From an uncultured Gammaproteobacteria bacterium (GTDB taxonomy: Bacteria > Patescibacteriota > Microgenomatia > CAZETR01 > Amesbacteraceae), in NCBI GenBank assembly GCA_964633995.1, contig CAZWKN010000001.1:134527-198526 (forward strand): DNA of 64,000 bases. Reading direction: 5' to 3'. The notes under the pieces were generated by a model, which was given only the letters and a program-made list of their open reading frames with translations, was not told the origin of the DNA and ran no database searches. Shown here piece after piece: positions 1 through 8,629 of this stretch. Within the stretch, counting starts at the first letter, position 1. The number at the start of each line of letters is the position of its first letter. A program made the translations under genes and the position numbers.

Positions 1-253
1 AGGTGGTGGCAAATAGTCCGGAAAGAAGGTGGATGGTCCAGTCTTTGGGAGAAAGCTGACTTAGGGTGTGAAAGATTTTGGGATGGATGAGGATAACCAA
101 GGGGATCAAAACACAGCTGGTGATGAAAAAACGATAAGTTAAAAAGATAACCGGGTCGAAATAGGCAAGTGTAAATTTAATGATCGGTCCTGCGATACCC
201 CAGATGGCAACTGCAACGATGAGCAAAACATAGGCACGGTTTCGGGGAGACAT
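1..253 (-). CDS. EamA/DMT-family transporter, N-terminal part (gene continues beyond the window start)
   Basis: Reverse translation from ATG at 251-253 gives MSPRNRAYVLLIVAVAIWGIAGPIIKFTLAYFDP..., a typical hydrophobic EamA N-terminus. Not in the ORF track because it is partial. Confidence 0.45.
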   Translation of the reverse strand, partial: MSPRNRAYVLLIVAVAIWGIAGPIIKFTLAYFDPVIFLTYRFFITSCVLIPLVILIHPKIFHTLSQLSPKDWTIHLLSGLFATT

Positions 254-329
254 GGCAATATGATGGCATACATTGTAATATGAGAGCAAATGCTATATAC
301 TATAGGGTATGAGATTGAGAAGATTGGAT

Positions 330-690
330 TTGTCTTTACGGGGTTTGTATGTATTGGGATTGTTGGCCACGGCGGCTTGTGGGGAAGTCCGGCACCTGAT
401 CGTCATGCCGGAGTCTGCCACCGCAACTGCTTTGGCGGCTACGGATAGGGCAGAGCAGACAGCTGGGGCTGGTATGCTTTTGACTGTACAGTCTGAAATG
501 ACTCATCCACGGCCGACTGTAACCCCAACTAGTACTCCCACTTCAACACCCACTTGGGAGGAAGCGATGTGTCGTACACAGAGCGAAATAGATGAGGCGG
601 CTACGTTGGCTCCTACTGCGTTATCCTTTGTGATGACTTTGGCTGCTGCCGATCCGGTTTCGGGAGCTACAGCTGAGGTCGTGCTCACCC
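330..690 (+). ncRNA. rnpB: Candidate RNase P RNA (type A-like) in a GC-rich intergenic region; alternative reading is ORF 309-743, a PT-rich secreted protein
   Basis: A 430-nt spacer with locally high GC lies between two minus-strand genes. P3-like hairpin CCACGGCGGCTTGTGG (365-380) is immediately followed by GGAAGTCCGG (P4 5-prime strand consensus GGAAAGUCCGG). ATAGGGCAG at 443-451 matches the J4/5-P5 block. CCGGTTTCGG at 653-662 can pair with the P4 5-prime strand. GAAATGACTCATCCACGGCCGACTGTAACCCC resembles E. coli AAUGACUGUCCACGACAGAACCC. Confidence 0.3.
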
Positions 691-1917
691 AAGTAGCTGC
701 GAAGCCAGTTTGTCAGGTGACACCTCAACCTGTTGCCCCGTAGACATGTTTTTTAGGATGACGGCGTGCTTTGCAATTTCTTCTGGGCCAACTATCACGA
801 CGTAGGGGGTATTTTTTTGGGAGGCGTATTTTAGCTGTTTGTCGAGTTTGATATTTGGGTCTGGGAAGAGTTCAACGTTGATACCGAGGGAGCGTAAGTT
901 GACTGAGAGATTGAGAGATTGAGAGACTAAGTTGGGTGAAAAAATAGTGACAAGCGCTTTGGTGGAGTTTGTATTTTCGGAGTGGAGTTTTAGTTCGGTA
1001 ATTACATCGACAATGCGATCGAGGCCGATGGTGGATCCCACTGCAGGTAGATTTGGTCCACCTAGGTTTTCTATGAGGTGATCGTATCTGCCGCCGCCAC
1101 TAACCGACCCTATTTTAGGTTCCTTGACCACGGTTTCGTAAATGGCCCCGGTATAGTAATCCAAGCCCCTGACTAAGGTGGGATCGAATTTGAGGTGTTT
1201 GGTACCAAGAGCTTCGGACAATTTGATAATTTCAGACAAATTCGTGTCCGGTTCGGCGGATTTTAAATAGGAGAATAAATCTAGAACCTGAATTTTACTG
1301 AGGCCTTTTTGCATTAATTCTTCCGAAACCTCGTCGGTTGATTTTTTGTCTAATTTGTCGACTGACTGAAGTACGGTAAGAGATAAATTGGATGGAATAT
1401 TGGCTTTGATGATAATGTCGAACAAAATTTGCCGGGAATTAATGCGAATGGTGAAGTCTGAAAATTTAAGGTTTGTCAGACAATCCGAAATAATGGCGGG
1501 AATTTCGGCATCAGCAATGGGTGATTCCGTGCCAACAATGTCGAAATCACACTGATAAATTTCCCGATACCTACCTTTTTGGGTATTGTCTGCCCTAAAC
1601 ACGGGTTGGATTTGATAGCGTTTAAATGGTTTTGGAATATCTGGATACTGCGCCATAACCCTGGCCAAGGGAACAGTAAGGTCATATTTTAAGCCCACAT
1701 CCCGGTTGCCGCGATCTTTGAAGAGGTACATAAGTTTTTCCGCCTCTTCGCCATATTTGCCTAACAAAACGTCGGCGTATTCCAGAGTTGGAGTTTGTAG
1801 TTCGGAAAAACCATACGATTCAAAAACTTGTCTAAACGTTGAAATTACCTGGTTTCTGATGGCCATAACCGGAGGAAGAAAATCACGGAAGCCTTTGAGA
1901 GTTTGTGCGGTTGCCAT
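685..1917 (-). CDS. hisS: Histidine--tRNA ligase
   Basis: 410 aa, MATAQTLKGFRDFLPP...; class II aaRS HisRS N-terminal signature and a C-terminal anticodon-binding domain. Confidence 0.93.
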   Translation of the reverse strand: MATAQTLKGFRDFLPPVMAIRNQVISTFRQVFESYGFSELQTPTLEYADVLLGKYGEEAEKLMYLFKDRGNRDVGLKYDLTVPLARVMAQYPDIPKPFKRYQIQPVFRADNTQKGRYREIYQCDFDIVGTESPIADAEIPAIISDCLTNLKFSDFTIRINSRQILFDIIIKANIPSNLSLTVLQSVDKLDKKSTDEVSEELMQKGLSKIQVLDLFSYLKSAEPDTNLSEIIKLSEALGTKHLKFDPTLVRGLDYYTGAIYETVVKEPKIGSVSGGGRYDHLIENLGGPNLPAVGSTIGLDRIVDVITELKLHSENTNSTKALVTIFSPNLVSQSLNLSVNLRSLGINVELFPDPNIKLDKQLKYASQKNTPYVVIVGPEEIAKHAVILKNMSTGQQVEVSPDKLASQLLG

Positions 1918-1935
1918 AGCCCTATTATATGTAAA

Positions 1936-2577
1936 TTACTGGGCGATTGCTACGACGAGGTGGATGATTTTTGCGGTCGCCGCGTTGGCAGAGGAAAGGG
2001 TGCCTATAACTATTATTTTATCTCCGGCCTTTAAAGAAGATAGCTTGGTTTTGTTGGTTAATTTAACTGTCGCGGAAGTTTTGACGGTCCATGTCTTTTG
2101 GGATGGATCTGTAAGTTCTAGAGTGGTTGCCGTCGATTTTGTGATGGTGCCAAAAATCATACGCCGTTGGTCCTCGACTGGTTTGGAAATAACTATTAAT
2201 CTTTTGCCGGTCATGGTGTTTTGACTATCGACGTCTCCCATAACGATAACGAAGTCACCGACCTTGACATCCTTTGGTGTCGCTTCTTTTCCACCCAATA
2301 GTTTGACAGTCGTGTCGGTGGTGATAGTAACTGTACGAGATTGGTTTTTGAGGTTGGTTAGAGTAAGTGTGGCTTCTGATTTGGATATAATTACGCCCAC
2401 AAAAGCTCGTTTGGCTACGGCCTTTTTTATTTGTGCCAATTCTTCGGCAACTTTTTGTTTGACTGAGTCACGAATAGAACTGCTTTCGGTGGCGGAGGGG
2501 GTTTGAGCCAATACGTGAGTGCTAAGGACTAAGTATGAAGTGCTAAGGGCCAATAATGATATAAACTTATTTTTCAT
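1936..2577 (-). CDS. Hypothetical secreted protein (signal peptide, beta-rich)
   Basis: 213 aa, N-terminal MKNKFISLLALSTSYLVLSTHVLAQ signal peptide; no recognisable catalytic motif. Confidence 0.5.
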   Translation of the reverse strand: MKNKFISLLALSTSYLVLSTHVLAQTPSATESSSIRDSVKQKVAEELAQIKKAVAKRAFVGVIISKSEATLTLTNLKNQSRTVTITTDTTVKLLGGKEATPKDVKVGDFVIVMGDVDSQNTMTGKRLIVISKPVEDQRRMIFGTITKSTATTLELTDPSQKTWTVKTSATVKLTNKTKLSSLKAGDKIIVIGTLSSANAATAKIIHLVVAIAQ

Positions 2578-3020
2578 ATTTTGGCAGTGGTGTAGGTAAC
2601 TATTAATGTTTGGCTTGTTGAGTTGCCTGTTTTGTCAAAGACGGTAACTTGGATGTGATTATAACCACCTTCAAGGTCGATATCGATTGAAAAGTTGCCG
2701 GTTGAGTCTGATTCTAATATTTGTTCTCCGCCTTCGAAAGTCATTGCAACAACACTGTTTGGAAGGGTCATGCCGGAAAGAGTGGTTTTGGGAGTGTTGG
2801 TTACGAATTCGTCGTCAGGGGTCGTTATTGATAGAGGAAGTGCGTTGGCGAGTGGTTGGGTGGTTGGGGTGACGGTTTTGGGTGAAGGAGTTGGGGATTG
2901 GGCAATTTGCTTTTGTGAAGATAGGCCTTTTAGGCTTTTGTTGGCTGTCCAGATGCCAAAAGTTATGATAAGACCAAGGACAAATCCAATGGTAATGGCC
3001 AAGAAAACTTCTTTCTTCAT
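2574..3020 (-). CDS. Hypothetical membrane-anchored protein with PT-rich linker and Ig-like C-terminus
   Basis: Likely start MKKEVFLAITIGFVLGLIITFGIW (TM anchor), then an SPTPSPKTVTPTTQP linker; overlaps the upstream gene by 4 nt (operon). Confidence 0.45.
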   Translation of the reverse strand: MKKEVFLAITIGFVLGLIITFGIWTANKSLKGLSSQKQIAQSPTPSPKTVTPTTQPLANALPLSITTPDDEFVTNTPKTTLSGMTLPNSVVAMTFEGGEQILESDSTGNFSIDIDLEGGYNHIQVTVFDKTGNSTSQTLIVTYTTAKI

Positions 3021-3055
3021 AATTATGGCCTTGAGATTAACAACAGAAGCTGGTA

Positions 3056-3583
3056 TTGTCAAGAATTATGGAAATCACATATTTAGGAAACTTGGCCTTT
3101 AGGTTGAAAACTAAAACTTCATCGGTTGTTACAGAGCCGGTGGGGAGTGTTGATGCAGATATTGTTGTTACTACGGATAAGGATAAAAAAACTTCTCCAG
3201 CCACATTTGTGATTAATGGTCCGGGTGAATATGAGGTGAGGGGAATATCGGTGGTGGGGGTTTATTCTGGGATATTTGTAATTGAGCTAGACGGATTAAG
3301 GATTGTGCACTTGGGTAAGTTGGATCAGAAATTGAGCGAAAGGCAAATGGAAGAGATCGGGCCTGTAGATGTAGTTATGGTGGGGGTGGGTACGGGAGCG
3401 TTGGAACTAGTTCGACAGCTTGATCCGTGGGTGGTGATCCCAATGGGTTATGATGAGGCAAAATTAGAAGAATTTTTGAAGGGGATGGCGAGAACTGAAA
3501 CAACCCCACAGCCCAAATTGGTTTTGTCGGCAGATAAGTTGCCAACTGTACTTTCGGTGGTAGTTTTGGAAAAAAAGAGTTAG
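3056..3583 (+). CDS. MBL-fold metal-dependent hydrolase-like protein (UPF0173-like)
   Basis: 175 aa; ITYLGNLAFRL...DADIVVTTD...HLGKLDQKL...VDVVMVGVGTGA pattern typical of the short Lactamase_B_3 family. Confidence 0.5.
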   Translation: MSRIMEITYLGNLAFRLKTKTSSVVTEPVGSVDADIVVTTDKDKKTSPATFVINGPGEYEVRGISVVGVYSGIFVIELDGLRIVHLGKLDQKLSERQMEEIGPVDVVMVGVGTGALELVRQLDPWVVIPMGYDEAKLEEFLKGMARTETTPQPKLVLSADKLPTVLSVVVLEKKS

Positions 3584-3586
3584 GAT

Positions 3587-4909
3587 GTGGCTATGGCAGA
3601 ACCACGGGTGCCCCCACATTCGCAAGAAGCTGAAGAATCGGTAATAGGTGGATTGTTGTTGGATCGCGATGCGGTGGTGGCGGTAGTAGAGTTTCTGAGA
3701 CCCGAGCATTTTTATCAGGAGAAACATCAACTTATTTTTGAAGTAATAATTGAGTTGTATCAGGAGCGGGAGCCGATTGATGTGGTGACGGTTGCGGAAA
3801 AATTGAAAAAGAAAAAGGTGTTGACTGAAATTGGTGGGGCTACTTATCTTTCTGACTTGGTGTCGAAAGTACCAACTGCGGCACATGCCCAACATTATGG
3901 TCATCTGGTCCAGGACCACTTTACAAAAAGGCAACTTATTTCTGCGGGTACTGCGATTGTGGACATGGCGTTTGATGCAGGAGGTGACGTAAGACAGATA
4001 TTGGATACGGCTGAAGGAAAAGTTTTTTCATTGGCCCAGCAGCATTTGAAGCAGGTGTTTGTGCCCGTAAAAGATATCCTTGCTGAATCGTTTGACCGAT
4101 TGGATGAGTTACATAAATCAGCGGGTTCGCTTAGAGGAGTACCCACGGGGTTTCCGGATTTGGACGATACATTGGCGGGGATGCAGGATTCTAATTTGCT
4201 TATTTTGGCTGCTAGGCCTGGAGTGGGTAAGACAGCATTGGCATTAAATATTGCCCAGCATGCAGCTTTTGTCCATAAACTGCCGGTGGGATTTTTTTCT
4301 TTGGAAATGAGTCGTGAGGAATTGATGGACAGGTTATTGGTGGCTCAGGCAGAAATTGACGCCTGGAAGATGAAAACTGGTAATTTGTCTGAAGATGAAT
4401 TTTCCAAGTTGTCTGATGCAATGGGAGAATTGTATGAAACACCACTATATATAGACGATACGCCGGGAATTTCGATATTGGAAATGAGGACTAAAGCAAG
4501 AAGGTTGCAAGCGGAGCATGGGTTGAAATTGGTTGTAGTTGATTACCTACAATTAGCCAGACCTACAAGAAGTTTGGATAATAGGGTGCAGGAAGTGTCG
4601 GAAATATCTCAAGGGCTTAAAAACCTCGCCCGGGAACTTAAGGTGCCAGTTTTGGCATTGTCCCAGTTGTCTAGGCAAGTGGAGTCACGGGGGATCAAGA
4701 AGCCCCAGTTGGCAGATTTGCGCGAGTCGGGGGCAATTGAACAGGATGCGGACGTGGTGATGTTTTTGTGGAGGGAAAACGACGAGGATTTGGAAAATAT
4801 GAATCTGGACATTGCCAAACACAGAAACGGGGCTTTGAAGACTGTTAAGTTTAGATTCCGAGGGGATAGATATAAATTTTACGGGGTGGAGGGGAAAAGA
4901 AAAGAGTAG
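3587..4909 (+). CDS. dnaB: Replicative DNA helicase DnaB
   Basis: 440 aa; HSQEAEESVIGGLLLD N-terminal domain; Walker A ARPGVGKTALALN; RecA-like C-terminal domain. Confidence 0.95.
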   Translation: MAMAEPRVPPHSQEAEESVIGGLLLDRDAVVAVVEFLRPEHFYQEKHQLIFEVIIELYQEREPIDVVTVAEKLKKKKVLTEIGGATYLSDLVSKVPTAAHAQHYGHLVQDHFTKRQLISAGTAIVDMAFDAGGDVRQILDTAEGKVFSLAQQHLKQVFVPVKDILAESFDRLDELHKSAGSLRGVPTGFPDLDDTLAGMQDSNLLILAARPGVGKTALALNIAQHAAFVHKLPVGFFSLEMSREELMDRLLVAQAEIDAWKMKTGNLSEDEFSKLSDAMGELYETPLYIDDTPGISILEMRTKARRLQAEHGLKLVVVDYLQLARPTRSLDNRVQEVSEISQGLKNLARELKVPVLALSQLSRQVESRGIKKPQLADLRESGAIEQDADVVMFLWRENDEDLENMNLDIAKHRNGALKTVKFRFRGDRYKFYGVEGKRKE

Positions 4910-4925
4910 TTTACTGTATTCAGCG

Positions 4926-4965
4926 GAGATCGTCACGGCCGATGTACATCTGGGTTTGCGATGAC
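4926..4965. repeat. Degenerate copy of the nested-hairpin repeat (GAGATCGYCACGGCCG...GCGATGAC)
   Basis: Aligns with 5025-5062 and in inverse orientation with 28463-28503. Confidence 0.5.
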
Positions 4966-4990
4966 ATATTAATAAAACCTCACCCTCGTT

Positions 4991-5014
4991 CCCTCTCCTG
5001 GATTCAGGAGAGGG
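4991..5014 (-). terminator. Hairpin CCCTCTCCTG-GATTC-AGGAGAGGG followed on the minus strand by a T-rich run; probable terminator downstream of tRNA-Leu(CAA); also sits at the 3-prime side of dnaB
   Basis: Perfect 9-bp stem; minus-strand reading is followed by GGTTTTATTAATAT; homologous hairpin CCCTTCTCCACAATTGTGGAGAAGGG at 28561-28586. Confidence 0.55.
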
Positions 5015-5024
5015 AGGCTTTGTA

Positions 5025-5062
5025 GAGATCGCCACGGCCGCCAAAGGCGGCCTCGCGATGAC
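5025..5062 (-). repeat. Nested-hairpin repeat element (outer stem GTCATCGC/GCGATC, inner 7-bp GC stem GGCCGCC-TTT-GGCGGCC) immediately 3-prime of tRNA-Leu(CAA)
   Basis: Read directly from the sequence; second copy at 28463-28503 carries compensatory inner-stem changes (CCCCGCC-AAG-GCGGGG). Confidence 0.6.
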
Positions 5063-5069
5063 ACTGAAG

Positions 5070-5154
5070 TGCCGAAGGAGGGAGTCGAACCCTCACGGGC
5101 GTTTAGCCCACACGATTTTGAGTCGTGCGTGTATGCCATTTCACCACTCCGGCG
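5070..5154 (-). tRNA. tRNA-Leu (anticodon CAA), type II long variable arm
   Basis: Manual fold: acceptor GCCGGAG/CUUCGGC, anticodon loop CUCAAAA, long variable arm, T-loop GGTTCGACTCC. The ORF track shows antisense garbage here. Confidence 0.85.
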
Positions 5155-5277
5155 TAGTTTAAACTCTGTTTTTTAAATAATGCCTACCGAACTGCTTCTT
5201 AAGGCATATGTGTAAAAGTACTGCATGAGCCTAGCACTTACAGTGTAATTTTACTTGCTAGTAGTTATAATTACCAG

Positions 5278-5880
5278 ATGTGGGCAATTTCTAAAATTTG
5301 GGACGTGCTAGCCTTTTTTGTTTTTGGTTTTTGGGCATGGAAGATGATGCGATTGGATTATGACGAAGAGAAAATTATTACGATGACTATAATTTTGGGC
5401 GTGTGCGGTTTTTTTGGGGGTGTGGGATTGCAGTTGGTGGGATTGTATTGGTGGTGCAAGCGAGTCAAATGGGATTTTTGGGAGTGGTTGGATGCGCTAG
5501 GTCCATTGTTACTTGTAATGTCTGGATTTTTAGGAGTAACTTTTGGGTCAAAAAAAATGGTATGGGGGATATTGGGGATTGTGGGGTTTGGGTGTGTTAA
5601 TTGGATATCGAAAAGATATCGAAAATTTGGTTGGTATAAAAGTGGAAAACCCGGATTTGTAGGGATTGTTTCTATAATGCTATGGAGTTTGTTCGAAATT
5701 GTGGTTGCAACTTTGGTTAGGGGTGGGATATACTTGTGGGGCTTGTCCGTACAGCAATGGGAATGTGTGGTTTTGCTGTCGGTGGGAGCTATGATGTTGT
5801 ACCTGAGGGCAGGACTGGATGTTAGTTATACGTTTAAAAGTTTATGGCGCAAAAAAAGACCAAAATTGATTCCCAAGTAA
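5278..5880 (+). CDS. Hypothetical Trp-rich polytopic membrane protein
   Basis: 200 aa, 5-6 predicted TM helices, basic C-terminus; no diagnostic motif. Confidence 0.45.
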   Translation: MWAISKIWDVLAFFVFGFWAWKMMRLDYDEEKIITMTIILGVCGFFGGVGLQLVGLYWWCKRVKWDFWEWLDALGPLLLVMSGFLGVTFGSKKMVWGILGIVGFGCVNWISKRYRKFGWYKSGKPGFVGIVSIMLWSLFEIVVATLVRGGIYLWGLSVQQWECVVLLSVGAMMLYLRAGLDVSYTFKSLWRKKRPKLIPK

Positions 5881-6236
5881 AATATCCCGATGAGGTATTA
5901 AAGCCGGTGAAAGAGCATTTAATAGGTAGGTTGTTTGGATTGGAAAAACGGAAGAAAGAGTTACAAGAAGAAGACCCGTTTAAGGACAACTCACGTCTTG
6001 AGGATAACGCTGCGATGGATGCCGACGCCGAGGAACAGGTGGGACACATGAAAGTATCGGCCATGAGGCAGGCAATAGACAGGAGCATTATCCAGGTTAG
6101 AAAGGCCTTATCTCAATTGAAATTTGGAAGATATGGCGTGTGTGAGCGATGTGGAAAAATGATTGATACGGACAGATTGGTCATTATGCCTGAGACAACG
6201 GTGTGTATTGATTGCGAAAAAAAGAGAGAGAAATAG
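5844..6236 (+). CDS. DksA/TraR-family C4 zinc-finger protein
   Basis: 130 aa; C-terminal YGVCERCGKMIDTDRLVIMPETTVCIDC four-Cys finger plus an N-terminal coiled-coil-like region; overlaps the previous ORF by 37 nt in another frame. Confidence 0.75.
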   Translation: MAQKKTKIDSQVKYPDEVLKPVKEHLIGRLFGLEKRKKELQEEDPFKDNSRLEDNAAMDADAEEQVGHMKVSAMRQAIDRSIIQVRKALSQLKFGRYGVCERCGKMIDTDRLVIMPETTVCIDCEKKREK

Positions 6237-6957
6237 TGTGAAGCCTGATGTAATTTTTGAAGATGATGCAATTTGCGTCATTAACAAACCAGCGGGAATG
6301 GTAGTAAATGATGCGGAAACTGTTAAAGGAGAGACTGTGCAGGGATGGTTTTTTCCTAAATTGACAATTGACAATGGACAATTGACAATGGAATCTGAGT
6401 TTTATAAAAAAGGGGGAGTAGTTCATCGGCTGGATAAAGACACTAGCGGGGTCATGGTGTTGGCTAAAACGTTTAAGGCGTATGAAATGCTTAAAGCGCA
6501 GTTTTTGGAAAGAAAGACGCAAAAAAAATATTTGGCTTTGGTGCATGGAAAGATGTCTGAAGAGTCTGGAATATTGTCTACCCCCATAGAACGGCATCCA
6601 AAATTTAGATTTAAATTTGCAGTGGGAGGTGATTTGGCCAGAACTGCAATTACGGAGTGGAAGACGGTTAAAGTTTTCAGTTTTCAGGGTTCAGTTATCA
6701 GTTTGGTGGAGTTGAGTCCGCATACGGGAAGGACGCACCAGTTGAGGGTTCACATGCAGCACTTGGGACACCCGATAGTTTCTGATCCAATTTATGGTTT
6801 TAAAAAGAGAATAGAAGAAGATTTGATATGGTGTCCGCGGCTTTTTTTACATGCTTGTGAATTACAATTTGTACATCCTGTGTCAGGTGAAACAGTAAAA
6901 TTCGAAGCCCCTTTGCCTTCTGAGTTGGAAAAGGCCTTGGATTTGCTGGTACACTAA
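6237..6957 (+). CDS. RluA-family 23S rRNA pseudouridine synthase
   Basis: GTG start just after the dksA stop; ICVINKPAGMVV, HRLDKDTSGVMVLAKT (catalytic Asp), HQLRVHM motifs. Confidence 0.85.
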
Positions 6958-6961
6958 ATAC

Positions 6962-8629
6962 ATGGCGGAAGTTTTTGGGAGTTTGGCGGTAATATTTGGA
7001 ATGGCGGCTTTGGGTGGGGTTTTGGCTAGGGTGTTAAAGCAGCCAGTTGTTTTGGGGTATATTTTTTCGGGTGCCTTGTTGGCTATTTTTGGACGAGGAT
7101 GGTGGCAGATGCCGGAAAATAGGCAGATTGTAGATTTGATGGGGCAGTTGGGGGTGACGTTGTTGTTGTTTCTGGCTGGATTGGAATTACCTATATTGGA
7201 GTTGTCTAGGGTAGGTAAAGTATCTGGAGTAGTGGGGGTGTTGCAAGTACTTATTTCTGGAATACTTGGGACGTTAGTAGCTTTCGGGATAGGTTGGCCA
7301 TTGCCAGCGGCGATGTTTTTGGGAGTGGGCTTAACGTTTGGAAGCACAATTATGGTGGTGAAGTTGTTGACAGAAAAAAGAGAATTGCAAAGTTTGCATG
7401 GAAAGATTGCGGTGGGAATACTCCTGGTTCAGGACTTTGTGGCTATGGGGATTTTGGTTATGTTGTCATCTTCAAGTAGTGCTTTTGTGGTGGTTGTTAA
7501 GGGGTTAGTACTTGTGCTTTTGGCGTTATGGTTGGGAAGTGGGATTATGAAAACAGCCATAACTTTTTTAGGCAGATCGACTGAGTTGTTGTTTATATCT
7601 GGTGTAGCATGGTGTTTGGTGGTGGCTGCTGCGGTCGGATCAAAATGGGTAGGATTTTCGTATGAGATTGGGGGATTGCTGGCTGGATTGGCGCTAGCTT
7701 CCAGCATCGAACAGGAACAAATAGTGTCGAGAATAAGACCGCTTCGGGATTTTTTTCTCACGTGGTTTTTCGTGTCGATGGGTACTAGTTTGTCATTACT
7801 TGCGGGATTGGATAGATTGATCCCGATAGTGGTACTGTCGGTATTTGTCCTGGTGGTTAATCCTTGGATAGTGATGAATATTTTGGGAATACTGGGGTTT
7901 AGCAAGAGAGCAGCTTTTATGGTGGCCTTAACTGTGGGACAAATGTCTGAGTTTGGTTTAGTATTGGTTTCAAAATTAAGTTCAACGTCCATGGTTTCTC
8001 CTCGGTTTGTCCCAGAAATAACAGCAGTGGCCATGATTACCATGACGACATCGTCCTATTTAATTTGGAATTTGGAGAGTATTTATAGCAGATTTGGAAA
8101 GTGGATATGGTTTTGGAGGTGGAGGCGAAACACAGACACTCCGGCTCCTAAAGAAGGTTTAAAGGGACATGTGGTGTTGTTTGGACACAACAGGACTGGG
8201 GAGATGCTTAGACCGGTTTTGGAAAGATCTGGTAGGAAGTTAACTGTGGTGGATTTTAATCCCAGTGTAGTAGACGACTTGTTGAATAAAGGGGTGAATG
8301 TAGTATATGGGGATATGGCGGACGTTGAACTTTTGGACACTTTGGGACTTTCAGATGCCGATTTAATTATTTCTACCGTTCCAGATATTAGGGACAACAT
8401 GCAGCTGTTAAAATCAATCCCATCGACAGGGAAAGAAAAACCCGTGGTGGTTGTTACGGCAGTGGATAATTTGGAAGCAAGGAAATTATATGTAAGCGGG
8501 GCAGATTTTGTTTTGGTTCCAAACACAGTGGGTGGGGAGTATTTGGGAAATTTGTTGGAGCCACTTGCTGGATTGGATAAACTTAGAGAACACGCCATGA
8601 AACACCAAAAAAGATTGGGATTGGTATGA
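6962..8629 (+). CDS. Kef-type (CPA2) monovalent cation:proton antiporter with C-terminal RCK/TrkA-N domain
   Basis: 555 aa; about 12 TM helices, then VVLFGHNRTGEMLRPVLERSGRKLTVVDFNP...VVYGDMAD Rossmann RCK domain. Confidence 0.85.
   Translation: MAEVFGSLAVIFGMAALGGVLARVLKQPVVLGYIFSGALLAIFGRGWWQMPENRQIVDLMGQLGVTLLLFLAGLELPILELSRVGKVSGVVGVLQVLISGILGTLVAFGIGWPLPAAMFLGVGLTFGSTIMVVKLLTEKRELQSLHGKIAVGILLVQDFVAMGILVMLSSSSSAFVVVVKGLVLVLLALWLGSGIMKTAITFLGRSTELLFISGVAWCLVVAAAVGSKWVGFSYEIGGLLAGLALASSIEQEQIVSRIRPLRDFFLTWFFVSMGTSLSLLAGLDRLIPIVVLSVFVLVVNPWIVMNILGILGFSKRAAFMVALTVGQMSEFGLVLVSKLSSTSMVSPRFVPEITAVAMITMTTSSYLIWNLESIYSRFGKWIWFWRWRRNTDTPAPKEGLKGHVVLFGHNRTGEMLRPVLERSGRKLTVVDFNPSVVDDLLNKGVNVVYGDMADVELLDTLGLSDADLIISTVPDIRDNMQLLKSIPSTGKEKPVVVVTAVDNLEARKLYVSGADFVLVPNTVGGEYLGNLLEPLAGLDKLREHAMKHQKRLGLV

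Noticed and set aside
254-690. tmRNA as the identity of the GC-rich intergenic RNA candidate
   Set aside because: No tRNA-Ala-like acceptor/T-arm with terminal CCA and no ANDENYALAA-type tag reading frame on either strand.
1706-2224. 172-aa plus-strand ORF spanning the hisS start and the secreted-protein gene
   Set aside because: Lies antisense to two well-supported minus-strand genes, has low-complexity composition and no start context; a chance open frame.
3464-3934. 156-aa minus-strand ORF (and 3901-4146, 4212-4445, 4609-5044) inside dnaB
   Set aside because: Antisense to the unambiguous DnaB coding sequence; typical shadow ORFs.
7429-8598. Minus-strand ORFs 7429-8043 and 8083-8598 inside the Kef antiporter gene
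   Set aside because: Antisense shadow frames of a well-supported 555-aa transporter gene; S/T/N-rich with no motifs.
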